From Pedosphaera sp. (GTDB lineage Bacteria; Verrucomicrobiota; Verrucomicrobiia; Limisphaerales; SIBH01): a DNA stretch of 62,241 bases. Made by a program: the position numbers and the translations under genes. Position 1 is the first letter of the stretch, and each line of letters begins with the position of its first letter. The notes under the pieces were generated by a model. That model was not told the DNA's origin. It did no database searches and worked only from the letters and a program-made list of their open reading frames with translations. The stretch lies in assembly GCA_031414955.1 (NCBI GenBank), contig JANOQV010000292.1:1-62241 (forward strand), in the 5' to 3' direction. Shown here one piece after another: positions 9,852 through 20,516 of the stretch.

Positions 9852-12800
9852 CTATCGGAACAGCTCCTGAATCTCGTCCCAGTCCAGCGCGGCGGTGAAC
9901 TGCTCGTCACCCAGCGTGCCCTGGATGACTTCGCGCTTCTTCTGCTGGAGGGTCAGAATCTTTTCCTCCACCGTGCCGCGCGTGATGAGCTTGTAGCTGG
10001 TCACCACGCGCGTCTGGCCAATGCGGTGCGCGCGGTCCGTGGCCTGATCCTCGACGGCCGGATTCCACCACGGGTCGAAATGAACCACGGTGTCCGCGCC
10101 GGTCAGGTTCAAGCCCACGCCGCCCGCCTTGAGGCTGATGAGGAAAACGGGCGCGGAGCCGCGCTGGAATTTCTCCACGACTTCGCCGCGGTTGGTCGTG
10201 GAGCCGTCGAGGTAGCAGAAGTCGATCTGCTGTTCGACCAGCTTCTCCTTGAGCAAGGCCAACATGCTCACGAACTGGCTGAACACGAGCACGCGATGAC
10301 CGCCGTCCACGATTTCCTGGAGCAGTTCGTCGAAGGCTTCGAGCTTCCCTGATGCCTCACGCAAAGGCCGCGAAGGGCGCAAAGGTTCAGTCTGGTTTAT
10401 TTCCACTTCGCGGCCTTTGCGTGAGGCATCCAGCAGCCGCAGGTCGCAGCAAATTTGCCGCAGCCGCAGCAGCGCGGTGAAGACGACCATCCTGCTCTTG
10501 GCCAGTCCCTGCGCGCCGACCGCTTCCAACACTTCCTTGCGGCTGAATTCCATCACCTGCTGATACACGGCACGCTGCTCATCGTTCAGTTCGCAGAAGG
10601 TGACTTGCTCGATCTTCGCGGGAAGATCCTTGGCCACGTCGCGCTTGAGGCGGCGCAGGATGAAGGGCTTCAACCGCCGAGCCAACCGGGCCTGCGCGTC
10701 GGTGTTGCGTTCCTTCGCAATGGGCAGCTCGTAGCGCTCCTTGAAATCCTTGGCACTGCCGAGATAGCCCGGCATGAGAAAATCGAAGATGCTCCACAGA
10801 TCGAGCACGGAGTTTTCCAGCGGCGTGCCCGTGAGCACGAGCCGGTGGCGGGAGCGGATGGCCTTCACGGCCTGCGCGTTCTGGGTCGCGCGATTCTTGA
10901 TGTGCTGCGCCTCGTCGAGAACCACGGTGTCGAACTCCAGCGCCGCATACTTCTCCCAGTCGCGGCGGATGAGCGCGTAGCTCGTCACGATCAAATCGCT
11001 GCCCGGAATTTCCGCGAAGAGTTTGTGCCGGCCCGGCCCGTGAAGCGCGACAACTTTGAGTTGCGGCGTGAACTTTGCGGACTCGGCGGCCCAGTTGTAC
11101 ACCAACGAGGTGGGACAGATGACCAGGTGCGGAGCCGGTTTGCTGTTCCGAGTTTCGCGTTCCGCGTTCCGCGTGGCCGCAATCAAAGCCAGCGCCTGCA
11201 ACGTTTTTCCCAGTCCCATTTCGTCCGCCAGGATTCCGCCGAAGCCATTTTCGCGCAGGAAATGCATCCAGGCCACACCATGCTTCTGGTAGGGCCGCAG
11301 CACTTTCTCCAATTCTCCGAGCGGCGGGCATTCCAGCTTGGCCTCGCCACTCTGTTGCTTCGCGCGCTCGCGCCAGGATTGCGGCGCCTTCGCCTGCCAG
11401 CCTTGGTCTTCGAGTGTCGCTTCCAAGAAACCGGCCTGCGCGTTGCCCAGACGAAACTTGCCCTGCTGCTGCGTAGGCGAAGCATCGAGCAGGAACTGTT
11501 GCAACTCCTCCACCGCACCCGTGTCGATCACCGCAACCTTGCCGTTCTTCAACCGGGTGTGGCTCTGGCCGGAAAGAATCAGCCTCTGGATGTCCGCCTG
11601 GGAAAAAGTTTCACCGCCGCTCGACGCGAACGACACGCCGAAGTCAAACCACTGCACGCCGCTGGGCGTGATCTCGAAACGCGGTTCGATGCGCTCCAGC
11701 TTCTCGCGGGTGCTCCAGTCGAGTCGTTCTTCCAGCGTGACCTCCCACTCCTTCTGCATCCGGGGAAACTCGCGCGCGAAAAAGTTCAGCACTCGTTCCT
11801 GACCGTTGAGTTGATACCGGCCCTGCCCGTCCGGCCCGCTGAAGCCCACCCGCAACAGCCGCCCCAGCGCCTGCTGCTCCGCGCTCGGATCGCGCATGGC
11901 GTAGCGCGTCGCTTTGCTCGCATCGGGCATCCACGGCGAATCGCCCGCCACGGACGCACCCGCCGTGAGGATGCGCGAGGGATACTTGCACTGAAGCTGC
12001 GCGGCAAGTTGCGCCAGTCCGCCGGTGAGATGGAGCAGGAACTTCGGCGGCGTCTGCACCACTTCAAAGTCGTCGAGCGAGAAGTTCGCTTCCAGCGCGC
12101 CGCGCGCCGCCAGTCGCGGAAAGTCGTTGTTCAGGAACGCGGGCACTTGCTGGCGAGTCAACCTCACGGGCGCGCGCAGCACATCCAGGAACTGTTGCGC
12201 CAGCCCGAGCGGTTGGAGCGTGTGGTTGGCGAAGACCCATTTGCCTTCGAGGACCTGCGGAGTTGGTCGCGCCGCTTCCGTGTCCCCTTGCTTCCCGCTC
12301 GCCAGGACAATCTCCCCGTTCGCCTCCAACGTGGCGCGCAGGGCCGGCAGCCACGGCGCACGCAGCACCGAAATGGCTGCGGATTTCCCCAGCGTCACGC
12401 GCGGATGCTCCGTCAGCGCCGGCAGCAACTCCGCAAACTCGCGGGTGGTGATGATCAGCATTCCCGCCGGCTCTCCGGCCAGTTCCTCGACGCGCGACAA
12501 GAGGCGTTCATCTTCCGCGCCGAGTTGGAACGGGCGATCCTTGGGCAACGCGTTCAGCGGGCTGCGGCCTCGTGCCCATTGGCCTTCGAGCACCAGCATC
12601 ACTTTTCCCCGCGCGGCAGCGTCGGCGAAATTCACCGGGAGAATGACGTGCAGTTCGAGCGGTTCCGCGCCGGGTTCACCGGGCACGGCACGGCGTAAAC
12701 GAGCAACATCGTGAGCCGGTGAGCGGGTAAGTGGGTGAGTGGGCTTCGAACCGTTCCCACTCACCGACCCACCCACTTTCTCACTCACGGTCCCCTGCTC

Positions 12801-13079
12801 TGGCTTCAGCCAGTGCAACCCCACCGCCACCGAGTGCGCGCACATCGTGCCCCACTCGCGCGAAGCGCGGCAGCTACACATGTTCTCGATGTCCACGCTG
12901 CCCTTGATGACAAATCCCGCGCGATAGGAAGTCGTGCCCTCCTGCACCACGCCCTTCAGAATGGGCGGCGTCCAGTTCGAGCTGAGCACCTTGCCTGCTG
13001 CGCACAGGGCACGGGCCGACTTCATCGCCTCCCAGCCGGCGATTTTGGCGAAGAACGGTTCGGTCAGTTCCACACTCAA
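9852..13079 (-). CDS. SWIM zinc finger / SNF2-family helicase
   Basis: SWIM CSC...CAH; GILADEMGLGKT, DEAQHIKN, LTGTPLEN, FLISLKAGGVGLNL, QATDRAHRIGQ. Confidence 0.96.
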   Translation of the reverse strand: MSVELTEPFFAKIAGWEAMKSARALCAAGKVLSSNWTPPILKGVVQEGTTSYRAGFVIKGSVDIENMCSCRASREWGTMCAHSVAVGLHWLKPEQGTVSEKVGGSVSGNGSKPTHPLTRSPAHDVARLRRAVPGEPGAEPLELHVILPVNFADAAARGKVMLVLEGQWARGRSPLNALPKDRPFQLGAEDERLLSRVEELAGEPAGMLIITTREFAELLPALTEHPRVTLGKSAAISVLRAPWLPALRATLEANGEIVLASGKQGDTEAARPTPQVLEGKWVFANHTLQPLGLAQQFLDVLRAPVRLTRQQVPAFLNNDFPRLAARGALEANFSLDDFEVVQTPPKFLLHLTGGLAQLAAQLQCKYPSRILTAGASVAGDSPWMPDASKATRYAMRDPSAEQQALGRLLRVGFSGPDGQGRYQLNGQERVLNFFAREFPRMQKEWEVTLEERLDWSTREKLERIEPRFEITPSGVQWFDFGVSFASSGGETFSQADIQRLILSGQSHTRLKNGKVAVIDTGAVEELQQFLLDASPTQQQGKFRLGNAQAGFLEATLEDQGWQAKAPQSWRERAKQQSGEAKLECPPLGELEKVLRPYQKHGVAWMHFLRENGFGGILADEMGLGKTLQALALIAATRNAERETRNSKPAPHLVICPTSLVYNWAAESAKFTPQLKVVALHGPGRHKLFAEIPGSDLIVTSYALIRRDWEKYAALEFDTVVLDEAQHIKNRATQNAQAVKAIRSRHRLVLTGTPLENSVLDLWSIFDFLMPGYLGSAKDFKERYELPIAKERNTDAQARLARRLKPFILRRLKRDVAKDLPAKIEQVTFCELNDEQRAVYQQVMEFSRKEVLEAVGAQGLAKSRMVVFTALLRLRQICCDLRLLDASRKGREVEINQTEPLRPSRPLREASGKLEAFDELLQEIVDGGHRVLVFSQFVSMLALLKEKLVEQQIDFCYLDGSTTNRGEVVEKFQRGSAPVFLISLKAGGVGLNLTGADTVVHFDPWWNPAVEDQATDRAHRIGQTRVVTSYKLITRGTVEEKILTLQQKKREVIQGTLGDEQFTAALDWDEIQELFR
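10351..10430. repeat. Palindromic element in frame within the SNF2 gene
   Basis: Perfect 25-bp inverted repeat GATGCCTCACGCAAAGGCCGCGAAG (10351-10375 / 10406-10430). Confidence 0.85.
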
Positions 13080-13104
13080 GCGGGCGGAGTTTAGGGGGAA
13101 GGAA

Positions 13105-13224
13105 AGTCATCAGAGAAACAGTAATCAGTCGTCAGTGAGGAATTGCCGTCACGCCATCGGCAATGTTCGGAGTCACGCGGCCAACTGATTACTGATTCAC
13201 TGATGACTGTTTCACTGTTTCACT
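13105..13224. repeat. Inverted arrays of 7-8-nt repeats in the divergent intergenic region
   Basis: CAGTAAT/CAGTCGT-type units at 13105-13138 mirrored by ACTGATT/ACTGTTTC units at 13184-13224. Confidence 0.6.
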
Positions 13225-13230
13225 CGGGCC

Positions 13231-14145
13231 ATGCACATTGAGCACATCACGGCCTTCGATCGGTCGGAGTTGGCGCCTTACGCCACGCTGCGCCAGAGCC
13301 GCGAGCATCGGCGCGACGGCTTCTTCGTGGCCGAGGGGGACAAGGTCGTGCGCCGCCTGCTGGCCAGCGACTTTGGCGTCGTCTCCGTGCTGCTGCCGGC
13401 GCGGCGTCTCGCGGAGTTCGAGCCGCTCATCCGCGCGCGGCCCGAGGACGTGCCGGTGTATGTCATGGAAATCGCGGAACTGGAGAAGCTCACCGGCTTT
13501 CCGTTCTTCCAGGGCGTGCTGGCCGTCGGAAAAATTCCCCAGCGGCATACGCTCGATTCAATCCTGGCCGCGACCTCGCCGCCGCGTTTCTTCGTGGCCC
13601 TCGACGGGCTGACCAATGCCGAGAACGTGGGACTTATTGTGCGGAACTGTGCGGCGTTTGGGGCGCAGGCGTTGATTTTAGATGAATCCTCGGCCAGCCC
13701 GTTCTTGCGCCGCTCCGTGCGCAACTCGATGGGCACGATTTTCAAACTGCCCATCGTGGAAATCGATGCCGCCCCGGAGCGCCAAGCATCGCTCGGCCCG
13801 AGCCTGGGCGCAGCCGAACCCAAGCCGAGCCGTGCTCGGCGCTCCGCTCTGGCTGACGCGCTGAACATCCTCCGCGCGCGCGGCGTGCGAGTGATCGCGG
13901 CGCACCCGCAGGCGAATCAGCGGAGCATTCATGCAGCGGATTTCCGCCGCGACTGCTGCGTGGTGCTGGGCAGCGAGGGGCCGGGGCTTTCCCCCGAAGT
14001 GCTGGCCGCCTGCGATGAAACCGTGGCCATCCCGATGGAGGCGGAGGTGGATTCGCTTAACGTGGGCAGCGCGGCGGCGGTGTTTCTTTACGAGGCGGCG
14101 CGGCAACGAAGCCGCTCACTCGATCCTCATCGCGTCTCGCAGTGA
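13231..14145 (+). CDS. TrmH/SpoU-family RNA methyltransferase
   Basis: [34 protein letters not shown]...DSLNVGSAA. Confidence 0.93.
   Translation: MHIEHITAFDRSELAPYATLRQSREHRRDGFFVAEGDKVVRRLLASDFGVVSVLLPARRLAEFEPLIRARPEDVPVYVMEIAELEKLTGFPFFQGVLAVGKIPQRHTLDSILAATSPPRFFVALDGLTNAENVGLIVRNCAAFGAQALILDESSASPFLRRSVRNSMGTIFKLPIVEIDAAPERQASLGPSLGAAEPKPSRARRSALADALNILRARGVRVIAAHPQANQRSIHAADFRRDCCVVLGSEGPGLSPEVLAACDETVAIPMEAEVDSLNVGSAAAVFLYEAARQRSRSLDPHRVSQ
13775..13846. repeat. Palindromic element in frame within the TrmH gene
   Basis: CGGAGCGCCAAGCATCGCTCGGC ... GCCGAGCCGTGCTCGGCGCTCCG; 72 bp. Confidence 0.75.
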
Positions 14146-14687
14146 CCGTCGGCGAACACCGAGTTCTGCATGCCGTTGGTATTGGCCCGGGTGTGGAACG
14201 GTTCGTAATCGTAGAGAAGCCGGACGCGCGACAGATTTGGTGCTGTTGAGAAGCGGTTCCCTCGGAAGGACCGCGGCGGGTTCTCGGTGGGCTGGTTGTT
14301 CAGGTTGTAATTCCAACCGTAGCTGGAGCCTTCACGTTGGAAGTAATCAACCACCCGGTCGTCCAGACACTGAAAGACCTTCATGGCTCCGCCCACCTCG
14401 TTGGAGAGCACCAGGCTGATCGCGGGGAAGATATTGGTCGTATCGACGGGCGAGGAGGGCAATTCCTCGGCCGACGGGAAGCGCTGCTCGTGATCGTCTG
14501 CCCAAACCATGATCGCGATGCCCAGTTGCTTGAGGTTGCTGATGCAAGCGATTTCCTTGGCCTTGCCTTTGGCCTTGGCCAGAGCCGGCATGAGCAAGGA
14601 AGCCAGGATGGCAATAATGGCGATGACGACCAGCAACTCGATAAGAGTGAAGGCCAACCGGTTTTGGGATCGAGGAGTTGATTTCAT
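14127..14687 (-). CDS. Prepilin-type N-terminal cleavage/methylation (pseudopilin-like) protein with C-terminal FADGH motif
   Basis: [25 protein letters not shown]...[22 protein letters not shown] overlap with the upstream gene. Confidence 0.92.
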   Translation of the reverse strand: MKSTPRSQNRLAFTLIELLVVIAIIAILASLLMPALAKAKGKAKEIACISNLKQLGIAIMVWADDHEQRFPSAEELPSSPVDTTNIFPAISLVLSNEVGGAMKVFQCLDDRVVDYFQREGSSYGWNYNLNNQPTENPPRSFRGNRFSTAPNLSRVRLLYDYEPFHTRANTNGMQNSVFADGHCETR

Positions 14688-15829
14688 CGCCCACCCTGTT
14701 GCTGCTGCTGTTCGCGGCGCTTGCGCATCTCGACCATGCGGCGCGTGCGTTCCACGCGTTGTTCCGGAGTGCTGTTCTTGAAGGAGTTGTTCATGCGATT
14801 CTCCATGCGCGCCCTTTCCTGGGCAAACTGGGGAGTGTTCTGCATGTCCTGGAAGGACTGCTGGCGCTGCTCGGGCGTCATGTCGCGCATCTTTTCGAAC
14901 TGTTCCTGACGCTCCTTTTCCTTGGCCTGATCCTCTGGCGTCATGGTGGCGACCCGAATTTCCTGTTCGCGCTCGCGCTGGGCATCGCGCTGGGCGTCCC
15001 GCTCCTCGCGCATTTCCGCCCAACGGTTGGTGCTGAAAGAATTGGTGTCGCCCTCGCGGCCAAACCCACGGCGACCGCCGCCTGGACCGCCGCCCGGACC
15101 GCCGAAGCCGCCATCGCCGCCACCGCCACGGTCGGCGAAGGAATCCCGCTCGGCTTGGACGGAGTAGAACAGGTCCCATTTCTTGTGGGCGGCCTTGGCG
15201 ACCTTGGCCACGGCATCGGCGAAGGGAACTTGCTTCAGATTGAGCGTCACCAAGCCGTCAGCCCCGTCTTCGGGCACGACCTGGGCGCTCGAGAAGCGCG
15301 CGAGAGCCAGGGCAGCGAAGCCAAGATCCTTGCCGGTGACGTGGAGAGTGACCGGACTGTTCTGCGAACGCGCCAAGTCCCCGAAGCCGCCACCGCCACC
15401 GAACCCACCGCCACCCCGCCCGCCCCTCCCGCCGCCGTTGTTGTTGCCCTGCATTACAAAATTGGTCCAGCCGGCGGTTTCCCGGTAAATGTCGCCCCGG
15501 GCCAGCTTGCGCAGATTCACGAAGGATTTGCTCTGCGAATAGATCGGATACACGGCGCTGATGCGGGTGGAGGTCTGTTCCGAGATCACGGCCAGCGCTT
15601 CCTCCAGCGGCACCTTGTAGCAGGTGTAGGTGATTTTGCCCTTCACTTCTTTGTGGACGACGATGGTCTCCCAAGTCTGCCACGAGCACTTGCGGAGCAC
15701 GTCGCGGACATCGGCGTCTCGCACGTCGAGGGTCACGAGATTCCGTCGGGCCTGGAAAGCTTTCAAGCCCAGCCAGCCCAATGCCACCACCGCGAGGACG
15801 GTTGACCAGAGGTAGATGCGTCGTTTCAC
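14684..15829 (-). CDS. Membrane-anchored protein with two secretin/TonB N-terminal (STN)-like domains, Gly-rich linkers and a charged helical tail
   Basis: GTG 15829 then a TM segment; [14 protein letters not shown] and [14 protein letters not shown] repeats; [12 protein letters not shown] tail. Confidence 0.65.
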   Translation of the reverse strand: MKRRIYLWSTVLAVVALGWLGLKAFQARRNLVTLDVRDADVRDVLRKCSWQTWETIVVHKEVKGKITYTCYKVPLEEALAVISEQTSTRISAVYPIYSQSKSFVNLRKLARGDIYRETAGWTNFVMQGNNNGGGRGGRGGGGFGGGGGFGDLARSQNSPVTLHVTGKDLGFAALALARFSSAQVVPEDGADGLVTLNLKQVPFADAVAKVAKAAHKKWDLFYSVQAERDSFADRGGGGDGGFGGPGGGPGGGRRGFGREGDTNSFSTNRWAEMREERDAQRDAQREREQEIRVATMTPEDQAKEKERQEQFEKMRDMTPEQRQQSFQDMQNTPQFAQERARMENRMNNSFKNSTPEQRVERTRRMVEMRKRREQQQQQGGR

Positions 15830-16107
15830 AGTCGTAACGACGGGCAGGGTGAAGCTATGGTTACGGGGAAGAAAGGCAGGAGGCCGCACCCTGGGAGGGA
15901 GCCTCGCCCAAGGTAATCTTGGGGGGAAGCCAAGGGGACGAGTTTTCGGTTCATCGGCAGCGCAACAGCGGATGGCCTGTCCTCCGGAGGAGTGAATCAG
16001 CCGGGGAGTGAAGCTGAAACCAGTGCCCAGCCGGGTCTGGAGCACGAATATGCGGCCGGTCCGCGCCGTCCGTAACTCGCTCGGAATTTCAAGGAGCTGA
16101 CGCACCA

Positions 16108-17805
16108 ATGGCCCTCACCACGGGACAACTGTTTGCCGGTTACGAAATCCTCGCCGAACTCGGTCGCGGCGGGATGGGAGCCGTGTACCTGGCGCGGCAG
16201 ATCGCCTTGCAACGCACGGTGGCGCTGAAAATTCTCCCGCCTCATCTGGCCGGTGATGGTGATTTCCTGGCGCGTTTCCAGGCCGAGTCCATCGCGGCGG
16301 CGCACTTGAATCATCCGAACATTGTCCATGTGTACAACGCGGGCGAGGCGGAGGGCATCGAGTACATGGCCATGGAATTCATCGAGGGTGAAACCATCCA
16401 GCAACGGCTGCGGCGATGCGGACGGCTGCCGCTGACGGAGGCGCTGGACATCGCCTATCACGTCGCCACCGCGCTTGATTACGCCTGGCAGACGGCGCAA
16501 CTCATCCATCGCGACGTGAAGCCGGACAACATTTTCCTCGCCCAGAATGGCACGGTGAAGCTGGGCGACTTTGGCCTGGCCAAGTTTCTGCGCGAGGGCG
16601 CGTCGAGCGTGACCTTGACGGGGCAAGTGATGGGTTCGCCGCACTTCATCAGCCCCGAGCAGGCGCGGGGCGCGCGCGATGTGGACTGGCATTCGGACAT
16701 CTACAGCCTGGGTTGCACGCTGCATTACTTGATGACGGGCCGCACGGTCTTCGAGGGACCGGACTTCGTGAGCGTGATGTACAAGCATGTGAACGAGACC
16801 CCGGCACCCATTCAGACGCTGCTGCCAAACTGCCCGATGGCGGTAAACCGGCTGCTGATGAAGATGATCGAGAAGGATCGCGCGCGGCGCCAGCCCAGCT
16901 ATGCGGCGCTGCTGGAAGAAATCCTCCAGGCGCGCGCGGAAGCCGCCTTGTGGGAGCAAAGCGACGAACGCCAGCAACGGCGCATGGCCCGGCCGGCGCG
17001 GACGCGAAGCAGTTGGCGGCGCACGTTCGCCGCGGCGGCGCTGGTAGCGTTGCTGGGGGCGGCCGTTTACGTGCAGCGCGCCAGGCAGCCTGATTCCGCC
17101 GCGAGCGTGACCACGCTCACGGACCCGAGCGACCGGAGGGACTTCATCCAAAGCGTGCAAAGACTGCCGCCGGTGGACGGACTGGAACGGGTCATGGCCC
17201 GGCTGCGGGAGTTGAACCCGCAGTTCGACGGCAAAAAGAATTACGCCGTCGAGGAGGACGTCATCACCGAACTGAGTTTCTCCAGCGTGGGCGTGCGGAA
17301 CCTGTGGCCGCTCTGCGCCTTGAAGCAATTGCGCGTGCTCAATTGCCCGGGCGAGGCCGCGACCCGGCGGCGGGGCGACCTGGCGGACCTGACGCCGCTG
17401 TCGGAGTTGAGCGAGTTGGAGGAACTGGATTGCAGTTGGACGGCGGTGGAGAATTTGCAGCCGCTCTCAAAACTGCCCTTGAACACGCTGCGTTGCGCCC
17501 ACTCGCGAATCGTGAATCTCACGCCGCTCCAAGGTCTGTCCCTGGTGGAACTGGACCTCACGGGCACGCCGGTCTCGGACCTCACACCACTGAAAGGATT
17601 GCCGCTCACCTCGCTGCGCGGTGGAGAGACGAAAGTGCGCGACCTGTCGCCCCTGCGCGGCGCTCCGCTCAAACACATCCAGTTCGAGCCTCGCCTGCTG
17701 CGCGGTGAAGCCGAGTTGGTGCGTTCGTGGCCGCAATTGGAGACGATCAATGGTGCGCCACCGCGGGCGCTGGGCGGAAAGCCGCCGATGCCGGCGAGCA
17801 AGTAA
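16108..17805 (+). CDS. Hanks-type Ser/Thr kinase with TM segment and leucine-rich repeats
   Basis: LGRGGMGAVY, VALKIL, IHRDVKPDNI, DFGLA; C-terminal DLTPLxxLPL repeats. Confidence 0.95.
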   Translation: MALTTGQLFAGYEILAELGRGGMGAVYLARQIALQRTVALKILPPHLAGDGDFLARFQAESIAAAHLNHPNIVHVYNAGEAEGIEYMAMEFIEGETIQQRLRRCGRLPLTEALDIAYHVATALDYAWQTAQLIHRDVKPDNIFLAQNGTVKLGDFGLAKFLREGASSVTLTGQVMGSPHFISPEQARGARDVDWHSDIYSLGCTLHYLMTGRTVFEGPDFVSVMYKHVNETPAPIQTLLPNCPMAVNRLLMKMIEKDRARRQPSYAALLEEILQARAEAALWEQSDERQQRRMARPARTRSSWRRTFAAAALVALLGAAVYVQRARQPDSAASVTTLTDPSDRRDFIQSVQRLPPVDGLERVMARLRELNPQFDGKKNYAVEEDVITELSFSSVGVRNLWPLCALKQLRVLNCPGEAATRRRGDLADLTPLSELSELEELDCSWTAVENLQPLSKLPLNTLRCAHSRIVNLTPLQGLSLVELDLTGTPVSDLTPLKGLPLTSLRGGETKVRDLSPLRGAPLKHIQFEPRLLRGEAELVRSWPQLETINGAPPRALGGKPPMPASK

Positions 17806-17818
17806 CGTCCGGCCTGGC

Positions 17819-18073
17819 TTACTTGGCCGGCTCCACAATGGTGAGCAGTTGATTCGGAGCCAGATTGTTCGTGACGACCTGCATGGTTCCGGACGGCCAG
17901 CGCACTTCCACCCTGCTGAGACGAGTCTCCGCCCCCAGACCGAAGTAAAGCGGCAGAGAGCTTTGCCCGAGATAACCGGACTTTCCATCATGCGACTGGC
18001 TGAGAGTGCGCCGGCCCGCCTGGACCGGGACCCGCGCGGCGAGACCGTCACGGTTGGAGCGCGTACCGATTAT
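17819..18073 (-). pseudogene. C-terminal ASPIC/UnbV fragment of a CRTAC1-family protein
   Basis: GTRSNRDG...GYLGQSSLPLYFGLG...VEVRWPSG; no FG-GAP N-terminal region because the TolC gene starts about 40 bp away. Confidence 0.75.
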
Positions 18074-18111
18074 TTGACGAGGCTGGCAAAATCCCACAAT
18101 GTCCGGCCTTC

Positions 18112-19857
18112 ATGCGACTCTCGAAAACATTTTGCGCGTACCTCGCGTCTTTCGCGCTGGCCGGCTTGCTCCAGTTGCCAGCCCAAACTCCATCCGCCCA
18201 ACCGCCCGGATCCAAGCCGGACGCCGCGCGGGACGATTTGCGCAAAGCCCTTGGGACCGAGGCCACCGCGCCGGCCCGGGCGGAGCAATCGAGCGCCCCC
18301 TCCGCCTCGGCGCGGGCTTCGGCCGCTCCGCAAGGATCGCTGGAGCAAATGTATCCCGGGAGCAACCTCCTCCACACGGCCACGGGCACCGTCGTGCGCC
18401 TCAGCCTGGAGCAGGCCATCCTGCTGGCGCTGGAACACAACCTCGATCTACAGGTCCAGCGCTATAACCCCATCATCGCCGAATTTGACTGGCGCGCGCA
18501 GTATGGCGCCTACGATCCGATCCTCTCCGGGGGTTACGAGGAGCGAATTACCAAGACTGAAGGCGGTGGTTTCAACCAAAACACCGGCAACGCCTTTCCC
18601 TCCAGCAAGTCGGAAGTGGGCGCAGGCGCGGCGGGAATCAGCGGCTACCTGCCTTTCGGCACGACGTATGACTTGAACCACGGGGCCAACAACGTCCGGG
18701 CCACCAGTCCTGTCCAAATCGGAACCAATGCCACCGGCGACCCTATTTTCGGCCAAGCCGTCCGGGACACCTACAGCTCCGGCGTGCAACTCACGCTGAC
18801 CCAGCCCTTGCTCAAGGATTTCTGGATCGACAGCCCGCGCCTCCAGATGAAGTTGAAGAACCACGACCGGCGCATCACGCACTACGATCTGGAACGGCTG
18901 GCCATGGATGTGATCACCCGGGTGGAGAAGGCTTATTACAGTCTGATCGCCAGCCGTGAACTGGTCCGGGTCGGCGAGTCGGACGTGGCGGTGAAAAAGC
19001 AATTCTTCGACGAGCAGCAGCAACGCGTCCGGGTCGGCACGCTCGCCCCGCTGGATGCGAAGCTGGCCCAGGCGGAATTGTCCCTGGCCGAGATCAATCT
19101 GATCACGGTCCGCCAGAATGAAGTGGATGCAGAGATGACTCTGAAAGGGCTGATTCAGGACAATTACATCCGCCAGTTGACTCTCCGGCTGGATCTCACG
19201 GATCGACTGCTCGCCCTGCCCTCCCAACTGGAAACCTTCGATGCGTTCAAGGAGGCCATGGAGAAGCGGCCGGACCTGCAAGTCGAGCGGTTGAACCTGG
19301 AGAAGCAGCAAATCCAGCTCAAGTTCGACTTCAACCAATTGTTCCCCAGCCTGGATCTCTTCGCCACCTGGGGCGCGAACGGACTGGATCGCCACCTGGG
19401 CAACGCGCTCGACGACCTCTCCACTCGCCGCTTCCCACAGGATGTGTATGGATTTCGTTTCAGCATCCCGCTCACGCTGAAAAAGGAGCGGATGAACTAC
19501 GACGCTTCCCAGGCCAGGAAGGCCCAGAAAATCCTCCAACTTCTCAAGCTTCAGGAGAGCATTGTGCAGGATGTGGAATTCCAAATCCGCCTGCTGCGAA
19601 CCACTTGGACAACGATCCCGCTGCTCCGCGAACAGACCACTTACCAGCAGGCCGCGCTCGAAGCGGAGCAGAAGAAACTGGCCGAGGGCAAGAGCACGAG
19701 CTTCGAGGTGCTGAAGATCGCCTCCCAAGTGACCAAGGCCCAGTCCGATGAGATCAGCACGTTGCGCAACTACAACCAGGCCGTCTCCGAATTGAACTTC
19801 CGCAAAGGCACCACCCTGGAACGCTGGCACATCGACTCGCCGGCGCGCGGGAAATAA
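18112..19857 (+). CDS. TolC-family outer membrane protein
   Basis: Signal peptide; LSLEQAILLALEHNLDL, TLTQPLLK, NQLFPSLDL, EGKSTSFEVL. Confidence 0.9.
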   Translation: MRLSKTFCAYLASFALAGLLQLPAQTPSAQPPGSKPDAARDDLRKALGTEATAPARAEQSSAPSASARASAAPQGSLEQMYPGSNLLHTATGTVVRLSLEQAILLALEHNLDLQVQRYNPIIAEFDWRAQYGAYDPILSGGYEERITKTEGGGFNQNTGNAFPSSKSEVGAGAAGISGYLPFGTTYDLNHGANNVRATSPVQIGTNATGDPIFGQAVRDTYSSGVQLTLTQPLLKDFWIDSPRLQMKLKNHDRRITHYDLERLAMDVITRVEKAYYSLIASRELVRVGESDVAVKKQFFDEQQQRVRVGTLAPLDAKLAQAELSLAEINLITVRQNEVDAEMTLKGLIQDNYIRQLTLRLDLTDRLLALPSQLETFDAFKEAMEKRPDLQVERLNLEKQQIQLKFDFNQLFPSLDLFATWGANGLDRHLGNALDDLSTRRFPQDVYGFRFSIPLTLKKERMNYDASQARKAQKILQLLKLQESIVQDVEFQIRLLRTTWTTIPLLREQTTYQQAALEAEQKKLAEGKSTSFEVLKIASQVTKAQSDEISTLRNYNQAVSELNFRKGTTLERWHIDSPARGK

Positions 19858-20040
19858 ACAACACCCGCTCGGCCGGTCAGGAGGCTCGTCGAAAGCATTG
19901 GAGTTTTTATAGGTGAGGAGCCACCGCGAATGGCCGTCCCGCGCTTCGGTCGCGCTTGAGCCGCACGCCTTCAAGCTGCACCCGCCCTAACTCCTGATAA
20001 TTTTTGCAATTCCCCGCCGCGTGCTTCAATCTCACCCGGC

Positions 20041-20409
20041 ATGACGCAACCGCTGGCTCTGCTCCTCTACGAAAAACTGCTGCCCGGCACGCAGTTGGCC
20101 AACCGCCTCCAGGATCTCGGCTGGCGCGTGCAGACGCTCAACGAGGGTGCCGCGCTCACTCGCGTCGCCGAGGAGCACAAGCCCGTCCTCGTCATCGTTG
20201 ATCTTCACTCCACCCGGCAGCCCGTGGCCGAAGGAATCGCCGCCCTGCGCGCCAACAAGAATACGGCCCACCTCCCGGTCATCGCTTGCACGGCGGATGA
20301 TTCCCTCAGCGCCGCCGCGCTGGCCGCCGGGGCGAACCTGATCGCTGGCGACACGGCCATCCTCCAGCACCTCAGCCAGTTCATCGATCAAGCCTTGAGC
20401 GATTTTTGA
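20041..20409 (+). CDS. Stand-alone, atypical receiver-domain protein
   Basis: [19 protein letters not shown]; canonical DD pair and KP lysine are not evident. Confidence 0.75.
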   Translation: MTQPLALLLYEKLLPGTQLANRLQDLGWRVQTLNEGAALTRVAEEHKPVLVIVDLHSTRQPVAEGIAALRANKNTAHLPVIACTADDSLSAAALAAGANLIAGDTAILQHLSQFIDQALSDF

Positions 20410-20516
20410 CCCCAGGCCGCCGGCCGGAGACCCGCACCCCGTCAGGCAGTCCCCGGTTTGATTCAAGGCTTGTCGCCCGACGCCGCTTTCCGGTTTTGTC
20501 CCCGCACACATTTGCG

